Positions 37,572 to 50,288 are shown, counted from the first letter of the stretch. The stretch: DNA of 64,000 bases from Planctomycetota bacterium (GCA_046290465.1 JBKAGP010000001.1:1824001-1888000), one strand, 5' to 3'. Notes: generated by a model from the letters alone, not told the origin. Program-made: numbers and translations.

Positions 37572-38725
37572 ACCTCCGCCGCACAGCCCTGCTCGGCGCG
37601 CTGACGTTTCTGCTGATGCTGCCGGAGACGCTGCCGGTGCCCGTGCTGCGGGCGCTGGTCGTCGAGCGCTTCGGGGTCTCCGACACCCTGGCGACGCTGT
37701 TCCTGGTCGCCAACATGATCGGCGCGCTGATCGCGACACCGCTGGTCGGCCTGCACGTCGACCGCACCGGCCGCCGCCGCAACCTGTGTCTGGTCGCGCT
37801 GTTCGCCGACGCGCTGCTGATGCAGGCGCTGGCTCACCCACTCGACTACGGCACGTTCCTGCTGCTGCGCGCGCTCGAGGGCGCCGCCCACCTGTCGGCG
37901 CTGACGCTGCTGATGAGCCTGGTCGCCGACGCCGCCGGCGAACGACGCGGCCGGGCGCTCGGTGCGGTCGGCTGCGGTCTGACCTTCGGCGTCGCGACCG
38001 GCGCCGCGATCGGCGGCGTGCTCGGCAAGCACGACCCGCTGATCACGCTGCACGTCGCGTCGCTGGTGCTCGGCCTCGCGTTCGTCGCGGCGATCTGGCT
38101 GCTGCCGGCCGACTCCGGCGTGCAGAAGCGGCCGGGCTACCGCGAACTGCTGGCGGCGGTCAAGGACCAGCCCGGCCTGCGCGCGCCGCTGCTGCTGGCG
38201 TTCTTCGACCGCTTCACCGTCGGCTTCTTCACGACCGGCTTCCCGCTGCTGCTCGCCGGCGTGCACGCGGTGCCGCGGCCGACGATCGGCATGCTGCTGG
38301 CGTCGTTCCTGTATCCGTTCGCGCTGCTGTCGTATCCGTTCGGTCGCGCCGCCGAGCGCTGGTCGCGGCTGCGCATGGTCGCGATCGGCAGCATGGTCTA
38401 CGGACTCGCGGTCGCGCTGGTCGGGATCGCGCCGGTCTCGGCGATGTGGGTGCTGATGCCGATCTGCGGGGTGACGTCGGCGGTGATGTTCATCCCGACG
38501 CTGCTGTGGCTGCTCGAGCAGTCGCCCGGCATCGGCCGCAGCACCGCGATGGCGGCGTTCCACACCGCCGGCTCGCTCGGCTTCCTGCTCGGCCCGCTGG
38601 TCTGCGGCGAACTGATCGCCGACGGCAGCTTCGACGTCGCGTTCGCGGTCGCCGGCACCAGCGAGATCGTCGGCGCCATCGTCGTGGTGCTGGTCGCGCT
38701 GCGGCGCCGCCGACGGCCCGTCTGA
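37568..38725 (+). CDS. MFS transporter
   Basis: TTG start overlapping upstream TGA; G..VDRTGRR motif A, LRALEG; about 12 TM. Confidence 0.88.
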   Translation: MNLRRTALLGALTFLLMLPETLPVPVLRALVVERFGVSDTLATLFLVANMIGALIATPLVGLHVDRTGRRRNLCLVALFADALLMQALAHPLDYGTFLLLRALEGAAHLSALTLLMSLVADAAGERRGRALGAVGCGLTFGVATGAAIGGVLGKHDPLITLHVASLVLGLAFVAAIWLLPADSGVQKRPGYRELLAAVKDQPGLRAPLLLAFFDRFTVGFFTTGFPLLLAGVHAVPRPTIGMLLASFLYPFALLSYPFGRAAERWSRLRMVAIGSMVYGLAVALVGIAPVSAMWVLMPICGVTSAVMFIPTLLWLLEQSPGIGRSTAMAAFHTAGSLGFLLGPLVCGELIADGSFDVAFAVAGTSEIVGAIVVVLVALRRRRRPV

Positions 38726-38876
38726 GCCCGGCGCAGCGCCTCGGTGGCACCGCTCGCGGAGCGCCCGTTCGTCGCTGCGTAAGGGCGGCCATGCCTGCCG
38801 GTGGGGCGACGTGCGCCCGGGAGTGGGATATCCTTCCCGAGCCGCCCCACAGTCGGCCCTGCCCTCCATCAACCTC

Positions 38877-40514
38877 ATGCTTCTCCCCACCGTCCTCACG
38901 GCCCTCCTCGCCAACGGCCCGGGCGCCGTCGCCAATGTCGACGACCCGCAGTCACACGGCACCGTCGGCGATGCGCTGCTGTCGCTCGACGAGGCGATCC
39001 AGCTCGCCAACGGCACGCTCGCGCTGACCTCCCTGTCCATCCAGGAGCAGGCCCGCATCAGCGGCACCGGCTCGGTCACCACCATCCGCATCGACGCGCA
39101 GGTGACCCCGACGATCACCGTGCAGAGCCCGCTGACCAGCGTGCTCGGCCAGGGCATGGCCGTCGGCCGCGTCTGCATCGAAGGCGTCGCGTCGACGGCC
39201 GGCCGGCCGGTGCTCGACGGCGGCAACGTCAGCGCGGTGCTCAGCCTCGAGCGACACCTCGTCACGGTCTCGGGGCTGCGCTTCGAGAACGGCGACACCG
39301 CCATCGTCGCGCAGATGCCGATGATGATGATGACGATGACCGAGATGCCGATGGTCATGGGCTGCGAGTTCGACGGCCAGGCCGTGCAGGGCCTCGAGCT
39401 GCTGGCGTCGGGCACCGACGAGACCATGCTGATGGTGCGCAACTCGCGCCTGAGCAACCTGCCGGTCGGCTTCCGCGTGCACGAGACGACCAGCAACGGC
39501 CGCATCATGTGCGAGGTCGAGAACTGTGAGTTCGACGGCGTCACGGTCGGCTGCGACGCGTTCGAGGGCGGCGCCGGCATGCAGACGATGTTCGCGATCT
39601 GGCGCAGCTCGTTCGTCAACGGCGCGACGCTCGGCCGCTCCAGCCGTTCGCCGACCAGCACCAAGCTGTTCATGTTCCGCATCGTCTACACCGATGCGGT
39701 CTGCAGCGACCACGTGGTCGAGTGCATCGGTGAGGCCGCCGGCAACACGATGATCCACCATCACCACGGTGACTGGACCGCCGGGCCCGGCAAGTACGCG
39801 CTCTACACGCACCCGCGCACCGCCCAGTTCGACGTCCACGGCAGTGAGATGACGTTCCACAGCGACGTCTGGATCTCTGCCAACACCGCCTCGGCGCGCG
39901 TCTGGCACCAGAACAACCGCTACGACAACTGTACCATCACGTTCGACTGCGACGGCTCGCTGCCGAACCTGGTCTGGAACCACTACGACAACTGCAGCAT
40001 CGAGGTGCCGGCGCAGGCGCGCTCCAAGGTCGACCTGCGCTCGTGCGAACTGATCAACACCGACTGCGACAGCCAGGCGTTCCTGGCGCCGATCGAACTC
40101 GACGGCTGCTACCGCACCGGCGGCACCCTGACTGGCTTCGCGTCCGAGCAGAACAACGCGCCGCAGGTGTTCCTGCCGACCACCGAGATCACGCCGAAGC
40201 AGCCGCAGGTCGGCACCTCGGTGACGCTGACGGCCGACGTGCCGTTCGGCATCGCGCTGGCGTGGGACTTCGCGGTCAGCTACGAGCGGCCGAACACGTC
40301 GCAGGAGCCGGTGCGCTTCTACGGCGACCCGATGACCGCGATCGTGCTGCCGGCCATCGTGATCTTCCAGAGCTCGCTGAACGTGCCGATCCCGTCGTCG
40401 CCGAACCTGATCAACCTCGAGTTCTACGTGCAGGGCGTCGCCTTCCCGCTGCTGGGACAGCCGTACGCGCCGTCGTTCTACCTGCCGCGCGGCGAGCGCA
40501 TCACGCTGCGCTGA
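38877..40514 (+). CDS. Secreted protein, probable right-handed beta-helix plus C-terminal beta domain
   Basis: Hydrophobic N-terminus; LSLDEAIQLAN..I, V.GLRFENG, repeated GCEFDG/NCEFDG/YDNC strands. Confidence 0.7.
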   Translation: MLLPTVLTALLANGPGAVANVDDPQSHGTVGDALLSLDEAIQLANGTLALTSLSIQEQARISGTGSVTTIRIDAQVTPTITVQSPLTSVLGQGMAVGRVCIEGVASTAGRPVLDGGNVSAVLSLERHLVTVSGLRFENGDTAIVAQMPMMMMTMTEMPMVMGCEFDGQAVQGLELLASGTDETMLMVRNSRLSNLPVGFRVHETTSNGRIMCEVENCEFDGVTVGCDAFEGGAGMQTMFAIWRSSFVNGATLGRSSRSPTSTKLFMFRIVYTDAVCSDHVVECIGEAAGNTMIHHHHGDWTAGPGKYALYTHPRTAQFDVHGSEMTFHSDVWISANTASARVWHQNNRYDNCTITFDCDGSLPNLVWNHYDNCSIEVPAQARSKVDLRSCELINTDCDSQAFLAPIELDGCYRTGGTLTGFASEQNNAPQVFLPTTEITPKQPQVGTSVTLTADVPFGIALAWDFAVSYERPNTSQEPVRFYGDPMTAIVLPAIVIFQSSLNVPIPSSPNLINLEFYVQGVAFPLLGQPYAPSFYLPRGERITLR

Positions 40515-41473
40515 TCGGCACGCGGCCAGCCGTCGCGCGTCGCCAGCCAGTCGCACAGCCGCGCGCACGGCCACGCCCACAGCGCGCCGACGACGACGTC
40601 GCTGGCCCAGTGGTAGCGCAGCAGCATGGTGCTCGCGACCAGCGCGGCCGCCGGCGCCAGCAGCCACCAGAACCACCGGCGCGCCCACCGCCACAGAATG
40701 ATCAGGCTGGTCAGCGTCAGCATCGTGTGGCCCGACGGGAAGCAGTCCCAGTGGTTCATCTCGGCGCCGTCGATCATGCCGCGCAGCGCCGGCGTCATCG
40801 CGATCCCGCGCAGTTCGTCCGTCGGCTGCAGCACCAGCTGCGGGGAGATCGTCGGGAACAGCAGGTAGCCGAGGTAGCTCGACAGGAAGCCGCCGACCAG
40901 CAGCAGCACCGCGCGGTCGAACGCCGCGCAGCCGCTGTGCACCCGCGCCAGCAGGCCCGAGCCGATGCAGAAGCCGTAGAACGCCGCGTAGTCGAGCTGC
41001 AGCAGTTCGACCAGCCAGCCGGGCAGGTCGCGGAAGCGCGCAGCGAGGTCCATGCCGAACAGCGCCCGGTCGACCGCCAGCCAGGTGAACTCGTACGGCT
41101 CGGGGTGCACGTGCGGCAGCAGCCAGCAGAGCGCCGAGAACACCACCGGCAGGCCGACCACGGCCAGCACCGCACGCGGCCAGCGCGCCCGTTCGTGGCC
41201 GTAGCGACGCGACACCCACAGGCACGCGAACACCGCCGTCATCACCGCGGCGCTGACCAGCAGATACGTCGCGGGATCGTGCTGGGTGGCGGCGGTCGCC
41301 GGCACGCCGACCGCGACCGCACAGGTGCACGCGAGGTAGACCAGCCAGACCCGTTCGGACGTCGGCGCGGGCGGCCGACCGGATCCGGGCGCCTCAGGCG
41401 TCGGCGTCGGCTTCGTTCTGCTTCTGGCTGCCGACGCGGCCGGAGGCGGGGTGACTGGCTTCGATCTCTTCAC
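40478..41473 (-). CDS. PAP2-family membrane phosphatase/phosphotransferase (Aur1-like); start uncertain
   Basis: D.ALFG, GYLLFP, DCFPSGHT, LRYHWASDV. Confidence 0.85.
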   Translation of the reverse strand: MKRSKPVTPPPAASAARSRTKPTPTPEAPGSGRPPAPTSERVWLVYLACTCAVAVGVPATAATQHDPATYLLVSAAVMTAVFACLWVSRRYGHERARWPRAVLAVVGLPVVFSALCWLLPHVHPEPYEFTWLAVDRALFGMDLAARFRDLPGWLVELLQLDYAAFYGFCIGSGLLARVHSGCAAFDRAVLLLVGGFLSSYLGYLLFPTISPQLVLQPTDELRGIAMTPALRGMIDGAEMNHWDCFPSGHTMLTLTSLIILWRWARRWFWWLLAPAAALVASTMLLRYHWASDVVVGALWAWPCARLCDWLATRDGWPRADQRSVMRSPRGR

Positions 41474-42947
41474 TGGTCGACTGGTTGCCGTCGAACGTCA
41501 GCAGACGGCCCTTGCCGTCGATGATCGTCTCGATGTGCACCGGTCGCTTCCACATCGAATACAGCGACTTCAGCGTCATCTGTGCCTGATCGAGCTGCAG
41601 GTCCCCGCCGACCCAGTCGTGCACCAGGTAGAGCTCGCCGCGGTTGCGGAAGTTGCCGTCGACGACCTTGATGATCGGCTGGCCGAAGTTGGTCAGCGCG
41701 TCGAGCAGCTGCTTCTTCACCTTGGTGTAGTCGCGGTCGACGATCACGTACTGGCCGGTCTCGCGGTCCTGGCCGTAGACGAACATCTTCTGGTCCTCGG
41801 CGAACTCGGGCGTCACGAACTCGTCGATGAACGTGATGTCGTTGTAGATCCGGCGCACGTCAAAGATCTTCTTGCGGCCCTCGTTGGTCGGCCGGTTCCA
41901 GCGGCGGCGCTCCTCGGGATCGTCGCACTTGACGTATACGGCGCCGAAGCGGCCCTTGTTCCAGCGTTCCTCGATGTCGCGGAACAGCTCGACGCCCATC
42001 TTGTACGGGTTGATCTGTCCCGGCCGCGTCGCCAGCGTGCCGCTGTGCGTGTCGCAGTAGTGCACGACCTCGGACGCGTCGCACAGGTGCCGCGTCATCA
42101 TCGTCGAGTGCCAGTAGACGGCCCAGCCCTCGTTCATGATCTTGGTCATGCCCTGCGGCGCGAAGTAGTAGGCCTCCTCGCGCAGCATCGCCAGCACGTC
42201 CTGCTGCCAGGTCTCGAGCGGCGCCGCATCGAGCAGGAACTTGAGCACGTCGCGTTCGGGCCGCGCCGGGAACCGGTGCGCCTGCTCGCGCTTCTTCTGG
42301 ATCCGCTGCTGCTCCGCCTGGAGGTACTCCGGCGGATTGATGTAGCGGTCCATGTAGTCCTTCGCCTCGATCTTCTGCACCTCCTGCTGCGAGGAGTGCG
42401 CCCGCTCGCGAGCCTGCGCGCGCGCGTCGGTGCCGCGATCGATGTACGGCGAATAGGGATCGATCAGGTTGTCGAGCGAGTGCACCGCGTCGATGAAGTC
42501 CTCGACGACGCCCTGGCCGTGACGGTCCATGTAGCGGCGGATGCGCGAGCCGTGGTTGGCCAGCACGTCCATCATCTTTCGCGACGTGTGGCTGAACCAC
42601 GAGTTGTTCTTGAAGAAGTCGCAGTGGCCGTAGACGTGCGCCATCACCAGCTTCTGCTCGGTGATCGCGTTGCTGCGCATCAGGTAGGCGTAGCAGGGGT
42701 CGTTGTTGATGACGAGCTCGTAGATCTTGCTCAGCCCGTACTGGTAGCTCTTGCTGAGCTGCTCGTACTCCATCCCCCAGCGCCAGTGCGGATAGCGCAC
42801 CGGGAAGCCGCCGTAGCTGGCGATCATGTTGAGCTCGTCGTGGTCGACCAGCTCGTAGATGACCTCGTAGAAATCGAGGCCGTAGCTCTTGGCGAGTTCG
42901 CGCGTTTCGTCGCGGATCGCGGCGAGTTCTGGGGTCAGGTTGCCCAT
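41394..42947 (-). CDS. spoVR: SpoVR/YcgB family protein
   Basis: GFPVRYPHWRWG, KIYELVINNDPCYAYL, HVYGHCDFFKNN, TKIMNEGWA, NPYK.G. Confidence 0.96.
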   Translation of the reverse strand: MGNLTPELAAIRDETRELAKSYGLDFYEVIYELVDHDELNMIASYGGFPVRYPHWRWGMEYEQLSKSYQYGLSKIYELVINNDPCYAYLMRSNAITEQKLVMAHVYGHCDFFKNNSWFSHTSRKMMDVLANHGSRIRRYMDRHGQGVVEDFIDAVHSLDNLIDPYSPYIDRGTDARAQARERAHSSQQEVQKIEAKDYMDRYINPPEYLQAEQQRIQKKREQAHRFPARPERDVLKFLLDAAPLETWQQDVLAMLREEAYYFAPQGMTKIMNEGWAVYWHSTMMTRHLCDASEVVHYCDTHSGTLATRPGQINPYKMGVELFRDIEERWNKGRFGAVYVKCDDPEERRRWNRPTNEGRKKIFDVRRIYNDITFIDEFVTPEFAEDQKMFVYGQDRETGQYVIVDRDYTKVKKQLLDALTNFGQPIIKVVDGNFRNRGELYLVHDWVGGDLQLDQAQMTLKSLYSMWKRPVHIETIIDGKGRLLTFDGNQSTSEEIEASHPASGRVGSQKQNEADADA

Positions 42948-42966
42948 GTTCTGCCTCCTGTGACGT

Positions 42967-44079
42967 TCACCGGCCCTTGCCCAGGAACGCCTTGATGCTC
43001 GGCAGGATGCCTTCGCGGTCGAGGATGTCGGTCGTCACGACCTTGTCGTCGCCCTTGAAGGAGCCGTCGAGGTCCTTCTTGAACTGCCCCGAGCCGTAGG
43101 CCGACTTGACCTGCCCGTAGCAGAACTGGTTGCACATCGGCAGCAGCGAGTCCTTGAGCAGGCCGACGCAGTGCTCGGTATCGCGCGTGCTCCAGTTGTC
43201 GCCGTCGCTGAAATGGAACGGGTAGACGTTCCACTCGCTGGGCGGGTAGTGCTCGCGCATGATCTGCAGGCACAGCTCGTAGGCCGAGCTGATCTTGGTG
43301 CCGCCGCTCTCCCGCAGGTGGAAGAACGTGTGCTGGTCGACCTCGCTCGCCGCCGCGTCGTGCACGATGTAGCGCACCTCGAGGTTCTTGTATTGGTGCC
43401 GCAGCCAGGTGTCGATCCAGAACGCCTCGATGCGCACCATCTCCTTCTGCTCGCGCCCCATCGAGCCGGACACGTCCATCATGTAGATGACCGCGGCGCT
43501 GGCCTCGGGCTGCTTGCGCGTCTGCACCGAGCGGAAGCGCATGTCGTCCTTGATCGGCACGATCACCGGGTCGTCCGGGTCGTACGTGCCCGACGCGATC
43601 TGCCGCTTCAGCGCCTCCTTGAAGGTGCGCTTGAAGTGCCGCAGCGAGTTGGGGCCGACCTTGCTGATGCCGGTGTAGCGGCCCGCCTGCGTCTGCAGGT
43701 TCTTGTGGCCGCGCGGCTCGATGTTCGGCAGCTCGAGTTCGTCGCCGAGGATCTGCGCCAGGTCCTCGAGCGAGACGTCGACCTCGAGCTGGTGCTGGCC
43801 CGGATCCTCGCCGGCCTGTCCCTGGCCCTCGCCCTCCTGCTCCTGGCCCGGCACCGCCTGACCTTCTTCGCCCTCGCCCTGGCCGACGCCGTTGCCCTCG
43901 TTCTTGCCGAACCGGAAGCGCGGCAGGTTGATCTGCGGCAGCGGGATCGACACGAAGCGCTTGCCCTGCTTGCCGATCAGCTCGCCGGAGCTGACGAACT
44001 TCTTCAGGTCGCGCTTGATGCGGCCCTTCACGATGTGACGGAACCGCGTGTGGTCCTGGTCGATTCTGCGGGAGGTCAC
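42967..44079 (-). CDS. yeaH: DUF444 family (YeaH/YhbH) vWA-like protein
   Basis: [43 protein letters not shown]; sits between prkA and spoVR. Confidence 0.95.
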   Translation of the reverse strand: MTSRRIDQDHTRFRHIVKGRIKRDLKKFVSSGELIGKQGKRFVSIPLPQINLPRFRFGKNEGNGVGQGEGEEGQAVPGQEQEGEGQGQAGEDPGQHQLEVDVSLEDLAQILGDELELPNIEPRGHKNLQTQAGRYTGISKVGPNSLRHFKRTFKEALKRQIASGTYDPDDPVIVPIKDDMRFRSVQTRKQPEASAAVIYMMDVSGSMGREQKEMVRIEAFWIDTWLRHQYKNLEVRYIVHDAAASEVDQHTFFHLRESGGTKISSAYELCLQIMREHYPPSEWNVYPFHFSDGDNWSTRDTEHCVGLLKDSLLPMCNQFCYGQVKSAYGSGQFKKDLDGSFKGDDKVVTTDILDREGILPSIKAFLGKGR

Positions 44080-44090
44080 GGCGACTCCGT

Positions 44091-46118
<2,028 letters not shown>

Positions 46119-46229
46119 GCCTGCACCTTTTGGGTCGTGACTCGCGTCACCCATAGAGGAACTACCCATCGTATCGACGCTACCTACGGCCGACATGAAC
46201 GTTTTGATGCGCGGTGTTAGCCTGCGCGC

Positions 46230-47270
46230 ATGGCAAATCGCTCCACCCTCGCATTGTTCCTGGTCAGCGGCCTGACCCTCTCCGCATGTGGCGGGCCGTC
46301 GGGCCCCATCGATGGTGGCAAGGCCATGGCCCATGTCGAAGCCCTGGTGAAGATCGGTGCGCGTCCGTTCGGATCGGACAACCTGGCGAAGGCCACCGAC
46401 TACCTCGAAGGCGAACTGAAGAAGATCGGCCTGACTCCGCAGCGGCACGAAGAGATGCACGCCAAGGAGAAGAAGATGATCCGCAACCTCTACTGCATGA
46501 TCGAGGGCGAGGATCCGGCGGGCCCGATCCTGATGCTCGGCGCGCACTACGACACCAAGCTGACGACCGGCCACGCCGAGTGGACGCACGACAAGCCGTT
46601 CGTCGGGGCGATCGACGGCGGCGGCGCTCCGGCGGTGCTGATCGAGATCGCGCGCACGCTGAAGAACCGCGCCCAGAAGCCGAAGTGCAACGTGCTCTGC
46701 TACTGGATCGACGCCGAGGAGTCGATCGACTGGACCTGGAACGACGACCGCGCGCTGCTCGGCAGCCAGGCGTTCTACGGCCACCTGAAGGAGAACGGGC
46801 TGACCTCGCGCATCAAGGCGTTCGTGCTGCTCGACCTGATCGGCAGCAAGAACATGAAGATCGATCGCGACGGCAACTCGGCCACCGACCTGCTCGACCT
46901 GTTCGAGCAGGCCGCCAACGAGATGGGCGAAGGCGCGCGGATGTACGAGTTCCCGGGGGAGGCGGTGATCGCCGAGCTGGCCCGGCGCGGCCAGAAGTGG
47001 GGCACGACCGACGACCACCTGGTGTTCAAGAACCGCGGCATCCCGAGCGTGCTGCTGATCGACTTCTCCAAGCGCATCCCGCCCGAGAACCAGAACCTCA
47101 GGCCCGGCCAGCAGCCCGAGCCCAAGGACCCGCGCTACGAGCAGTGGTGGCACTCGCCGGACGACGACCTCGCCGCGATGGATCCGGACTCGCTCGCGTT
47201 CGCCGGCAACCTGGTGATGCAGGCGTTCCCGAAGCTCGAGGCGTTCGTCACCCGCAAGAAGGGTCGGTAA
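46230..47270 (+). CDS. M28-family lipoprotein, animal-type glutaminyl cyclase-like
   Basis: Lipobox LSAC; GAHYDTK, FVGAIDG, IDAEES, LLGS, LLDLIG, DDH..F, WWH..DD. Confidence 0.85.
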   Translation: MANRSTLALFLVSGLTLSACGGPSGPIDGGKAMAHVEALVKIGARPFGSDNLAKATDYLEGELKKIGLTPQRHEEMHAKEKKMIRNLYCMIEGEDPAGPILMLGAHYDTKLTTGHAEWTHDKPFVGAIDGGGAPAVLIEIARTLKNRAQKPKCNVLCYWIDAEESIDWTWNDDRALLGSQAFYGHLKENGLTSRIKAFVLLDLIGSKNMKIDRDGNSATDLLDLFEQAANEMGEGARMYEFPGEAVIAELARRGQKWGTTDDHLVFKNRGIPSVLLIDFSKRIPPENQNLRPGQQPEPKDPRYEQWWHSPDDDLAAMDPDSLAFAGNLVMQAFPKLEAFVTRKKGR

Positions 47271-47277
47271 CGCGGCC

Positions 47278-48387
47278 ATGCGAACCCTCGTCGCGTTGGC
47301 GCTGTCGATCGCCGGGCTCGGCGCCTGCCTCGGTGCCTGCCTCGGCAGCGGGCTGCACGTGCAGGACCCCGCGCGCGACGGGGCGTCGCCGCAGCACCAG
47401 CGCCCCGAGGATCCCGCGGCGGGCAATCGAGCGGAGCAGGATCCAGAATCGACGGGACAGACCCCGATCGTGCGGCAGAAGCCGGCGATCGACCAGAGCA
47501 AGACGCTCGAGCTCGACGCCGTGCGCGCGCCCGAGGGTCTCGGCGGACGGGCGTTCGCGCATGCGCGCAAGCTGGTGTCGTTCGGCCCGCGCTACGCCGG
47601 CCAGCCCGGCTGGTCGAAGCAGCTCGACTACATCGTCGCCGAGCTGAAGGCGCACGGCATCGAGGCCCGCCGCGACACCTGGACCGACCGCAAGGAGCTG
47701 ATCACGTTCTCGAACGTGTCGGCGACGATCCCCGGCAAGCGCAAGCAGCGCATCGTGCTGGCGTGCCATCACGACACCAAGTGCACGACCGGCCACGAGG
47801 ATCCCGAACACAACTTCCACTTCGTCGGCGCCAACGACGGCGCCAGCGGCGTGGCGCTGCTGCTGGCGCTGGCGCCGGTGCTGCGGGCGCGCGCCAACCA
47901 GGCGACCATCGAGCTGGTGTTCTTCGACGGCGAGGAGAGCCTCGACTGGAACTGGAACGACGCCGCCCGCGCGCTGTTCGGCAGCAAGCGCTACGTGCGC
48001 CGGCACCGCGACGCGCTGCTGATGGGCGAGGAAGCGCGCATCGAGGCGGTCGTGCTGCTCGACATGGTCGGCCGCAGCGACCTGCACATCCAGGAGGAGC
48101 TCTACTCGACCGACCTGCTGCGACGGATCACCTGGTCCGCCGCGGTCGCGACCGGCCACCAGAAGCACTTCTTCCGCCGGGCCGAGGCCGCGGCCGACGA
48201 CCACAAGCCGTTCCTCGACGTCGGCATCCCGGCCGTCGACCTGATCGACCTCAACGGCAACCCCGACTGGCACACCAGGCACGACACGCTCGCCAACATG
48301 TCGGCCGACAGCCTGCACAAGGTCGCCGACGTCGTGCTGACGATGCTGCCCGCCGTCGAGCAGGCCTACGTGATCGCGCCGCGCTGA
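47278..48387 (+). CDS. M28-family exported protein, animal-type glutaminyl cyclase-like
   Basis: [48 protein letters not shown]. Confidence 0.87.
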   Translation: MRTLVALALSIAGLGACLGACLGSGLHVQDPARDGASPQHQRPEDPAAGNRAEQDPESTGQTPIVRQKPAIDQSKTLELDAVRAPEGLGGRAFAHARKLVSFGPRYAGQPGWSKQLDYIVAELKAHGIEARRDTWTDRKELITFSNVSATIPGKRKQRIVLACHHDTKCTTGHEDPEHNFHFVGANDGASGVALLLALAPVLRARANQATIELVFFDGEESLDWNWNDAARALFGSKRYVRRHRDALLMGEEARIEAVVLLDMVGRSDLHIQEELYSTDLLRRITWSAAVATGHQKHFFRRAEAAADDHKPFLDVGIPAVDLIDLNGNPDWHTRHDTLANMSADSLHKVADVVLTMLPAVEQAYVIAPR

Positions 48388-48399
48388 GGCCGCGGCACC

Positions 48400-49146
48400 T
48401 CAGCCCTTCGCGCGGCCGTGCCAGTCGACCGCGCCCGACCGCACGAAGCCGAGCTTGTCGTAGAGTCCCTGCCCCATCGCCGACGCCTGCAGCGCGGCGT
48501 GGCGCAGGCCGCGCCACTCGGCTTCGCGCAGCAGCCGCAGCATGACGGCGCCGGCGACGCCGGTGCGCCGCGCCTCCGGCAGGACGCCGAGCATGTGCAG
48601 GCCGGCGACCTCGCCGGTCTCGAACAGCAGGCCGGTACCGACCGGTCGTTCGCCGCGTCGTGCCAGCACCAGCCACGCCTCGTGGTGCTCGACCAGCCGC
48701 GCCACCGCTGCAGGGTCGACCTCGTAGCCGAACGAACGGCCCGCGACCTGCGACCAGGTGACGACGTCGCGCTTGCCGTCGTCGAACTGCAGCTCGACGT
48801 CGGCCACGGCGAGCCAGCGGATCGCGGCGATGTCGGCGTCCATGACGACGGTGCTGGTGCGCAGCGGGACCCCGGCCGCCGCGAGCGCCGCGGCGAGCGG
48901 GTCGCCCCGCGCCTGGTCGGCATCGTCGCGCCACACCGGCACGACGCACGGCGCCTGCGCCTCCTGCTCGACCAGCGAACGGACCTGCGCGGGCGACGGC
49001 CAGAGCCCCGGCTCGAACCACAGCCGATGCGGCCACGACCGCGAACGCGCCGCCTCGCCGGCCTCGGCCAGCGGCAGCGGTTCTGCCCCGAGCGCCCGCC
49101 AGAACGCCGTCAGGTTGGCGAGGTTGGCGACGAAGGACTGCCCCAT
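48400..49146 (-). CDS. GNAT family N-acetyltransferase
   Basis: AGLHMLGVLPEARRTGVA, LQASAMGQGLYDKLGF. Confidence 0.9.
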   Translation of the reverse strand: MGQSFVANLANLTAFWRALGAEPLPLAEAGEAARSRSWPHRLWFEPGLWPSPAQVRSLVEQEAQAPCVVPVWRDDADQARGDPLAAALAAAGVPLRTSTVVMDADIAAIRWLAVADVELQFDDGKRDVVTWSQVAGRSFGYEVDPAAVARLVEHHEAWLVLARRGERPVGTGLLFETGEVAGLHMLGVLPEARRTGVAGAVMLRLLREAEWRGLRHAALQASAMGQGLYDKLGFVRSGAVDWHGRAKG

Positions 49147-49598
49147 CACGCCGCCCCCTGGGGCCGCTGCACCAGGAACGCCCCGAGCAGCAGCGCACCG
49201 GCGCCGACGGCGCGGGTCGCGGTGATCGGCGTGCGCGGCAGCCCGAACCAGCCGAGATGGCCGGCGACCAGCGCCACCAGCAGCTGGCCGGCGAGCGCCA
49301 GCGACACCGTCGGGCCGATGCCGATCTTCGGGATCAGCCAGTAGATCGACACCAGCGCCAGCGTCCCGAGCAGGCCGCCGGCACACCAGAGCTGCAGCGG
49401 CACCGCGGCCAGGCCGCGCGGCGGTGCGACCAACCGCGCGTAGACCAGCGCGACCGTCGCCACCAGCACGAAGCCGACCCCGAACGCGACCGTCGTCGCG
49501 TAGAGCGGCGAGCCGAGCAACTGCCCGAGTCGCGCGTTCATCGTGGCCTGCACGGCGATCGCGCCGCCGGAGAGGAGCGCGAGCAAGAAGATCATCAT
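49146..49598 (-). CDS. DMT family transporter (YdcZ/DUF606-like)
   Basis: Q..MNARL, GGLLG, PKIG, GQL...H.GWFG; 5 TM. Confidence 0.9.
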   Translation of the reverse strand: MMIFLLALLSGGAIAVQATMNARLGQLLGSPLYATTVAFGVGFVLVATVALVYARLVAPPRGLAAVPLQLWCAGGLLGTLALVSIYWLIPKIGIGPTVSLALAGQLLVALVAGHLGWFGLPRTPITATRAVGAGALLLGAFLVQRPQGAA

Positions 49599-49673
49599 GC
49601 CGCCGACGCTACGGATCCCGCCGCCCCCGCTCCTCGACACATGTCGAGCGCGCGGCCGATTTGCGGCGGCGAT

Positions 49674-50288
49674 TCAGGCATCGCGCTCGGCCCGTCGGAT
49701 CCGGCTGAGCTGGGTCGGCGTGACGCCGAGATGGCTGGCGACGTGGAACAGCGGCAACCGCGCCGCCAGCCGCGGCGACTCTTCGCGGAACCGCCGGTAG
49801 CGCACCGCGGCCTCCTCCTGCACCAGCGAGAACTCGCGCGGCTCCTTCTTCAGCAGCCAGTTGCGCTCCAGGTAGCGGATCTGGAACCACATCAGGTCGC
49901 GCCGCTCGGCGAGCACCGCGCGGTAGCCGGCGAAGTCGAACGACAGCACTCGGCTCGGTTCGAGCGCCTGGATCGAGACGTCGGCCGGTTCGCCCCGCAG
50001 CAGCGCCGCGATCGGTCCCGGGAACGTGCCCTCGTCGAAGAAGATCTTGTTGTAGTCGTTGCCGTCGACGTCGCGCACGAAGTAGCGCAGCAGCCCCGCC
50101 AGCACGAAGCCGAACTCGGAGACCCGGTCCCCCTGCCGGCAGTAGAACCCGTCCTTGTCGACCTCCACCACGCGGGCGCAGTCGAGCAGCAACGACAGGG
50201 TCTCGTCTTCGATCGGCGCGTAGGCCTGCATCGCATCGCGCAACGCGCTGGCCGCCTGCGCCGAGGGCCGGGATCGCTGGACACCCAT
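49674..50288 (-). CDS. Crp/Fnr family cNMP-binding regulator
   Basis: GFVLAGLLRYF, IQALEPS, A..RY..F, VASHLGVTPTQLSRIR HTH; start uncertain. Confidence 0.9.
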   Translation of the reverse strand: MGVQRSRPSAQAASALRDAMQAYAPIEDETLSLLLDCARVVEVDKDGFYCRQGDRVSEFGFVLAGLLRYFVRDVDGNDYNKIFFDEGTFPGPIAALLRGEPADVSIQALEPSRVLSFDFAGYRAVLAERRDLMWFQIRYLERNWLLKKEPREFSLVQEEAAVRYRRFREESPRLAARLPLFHVASHLGVTPTQLSRIRRAERDA

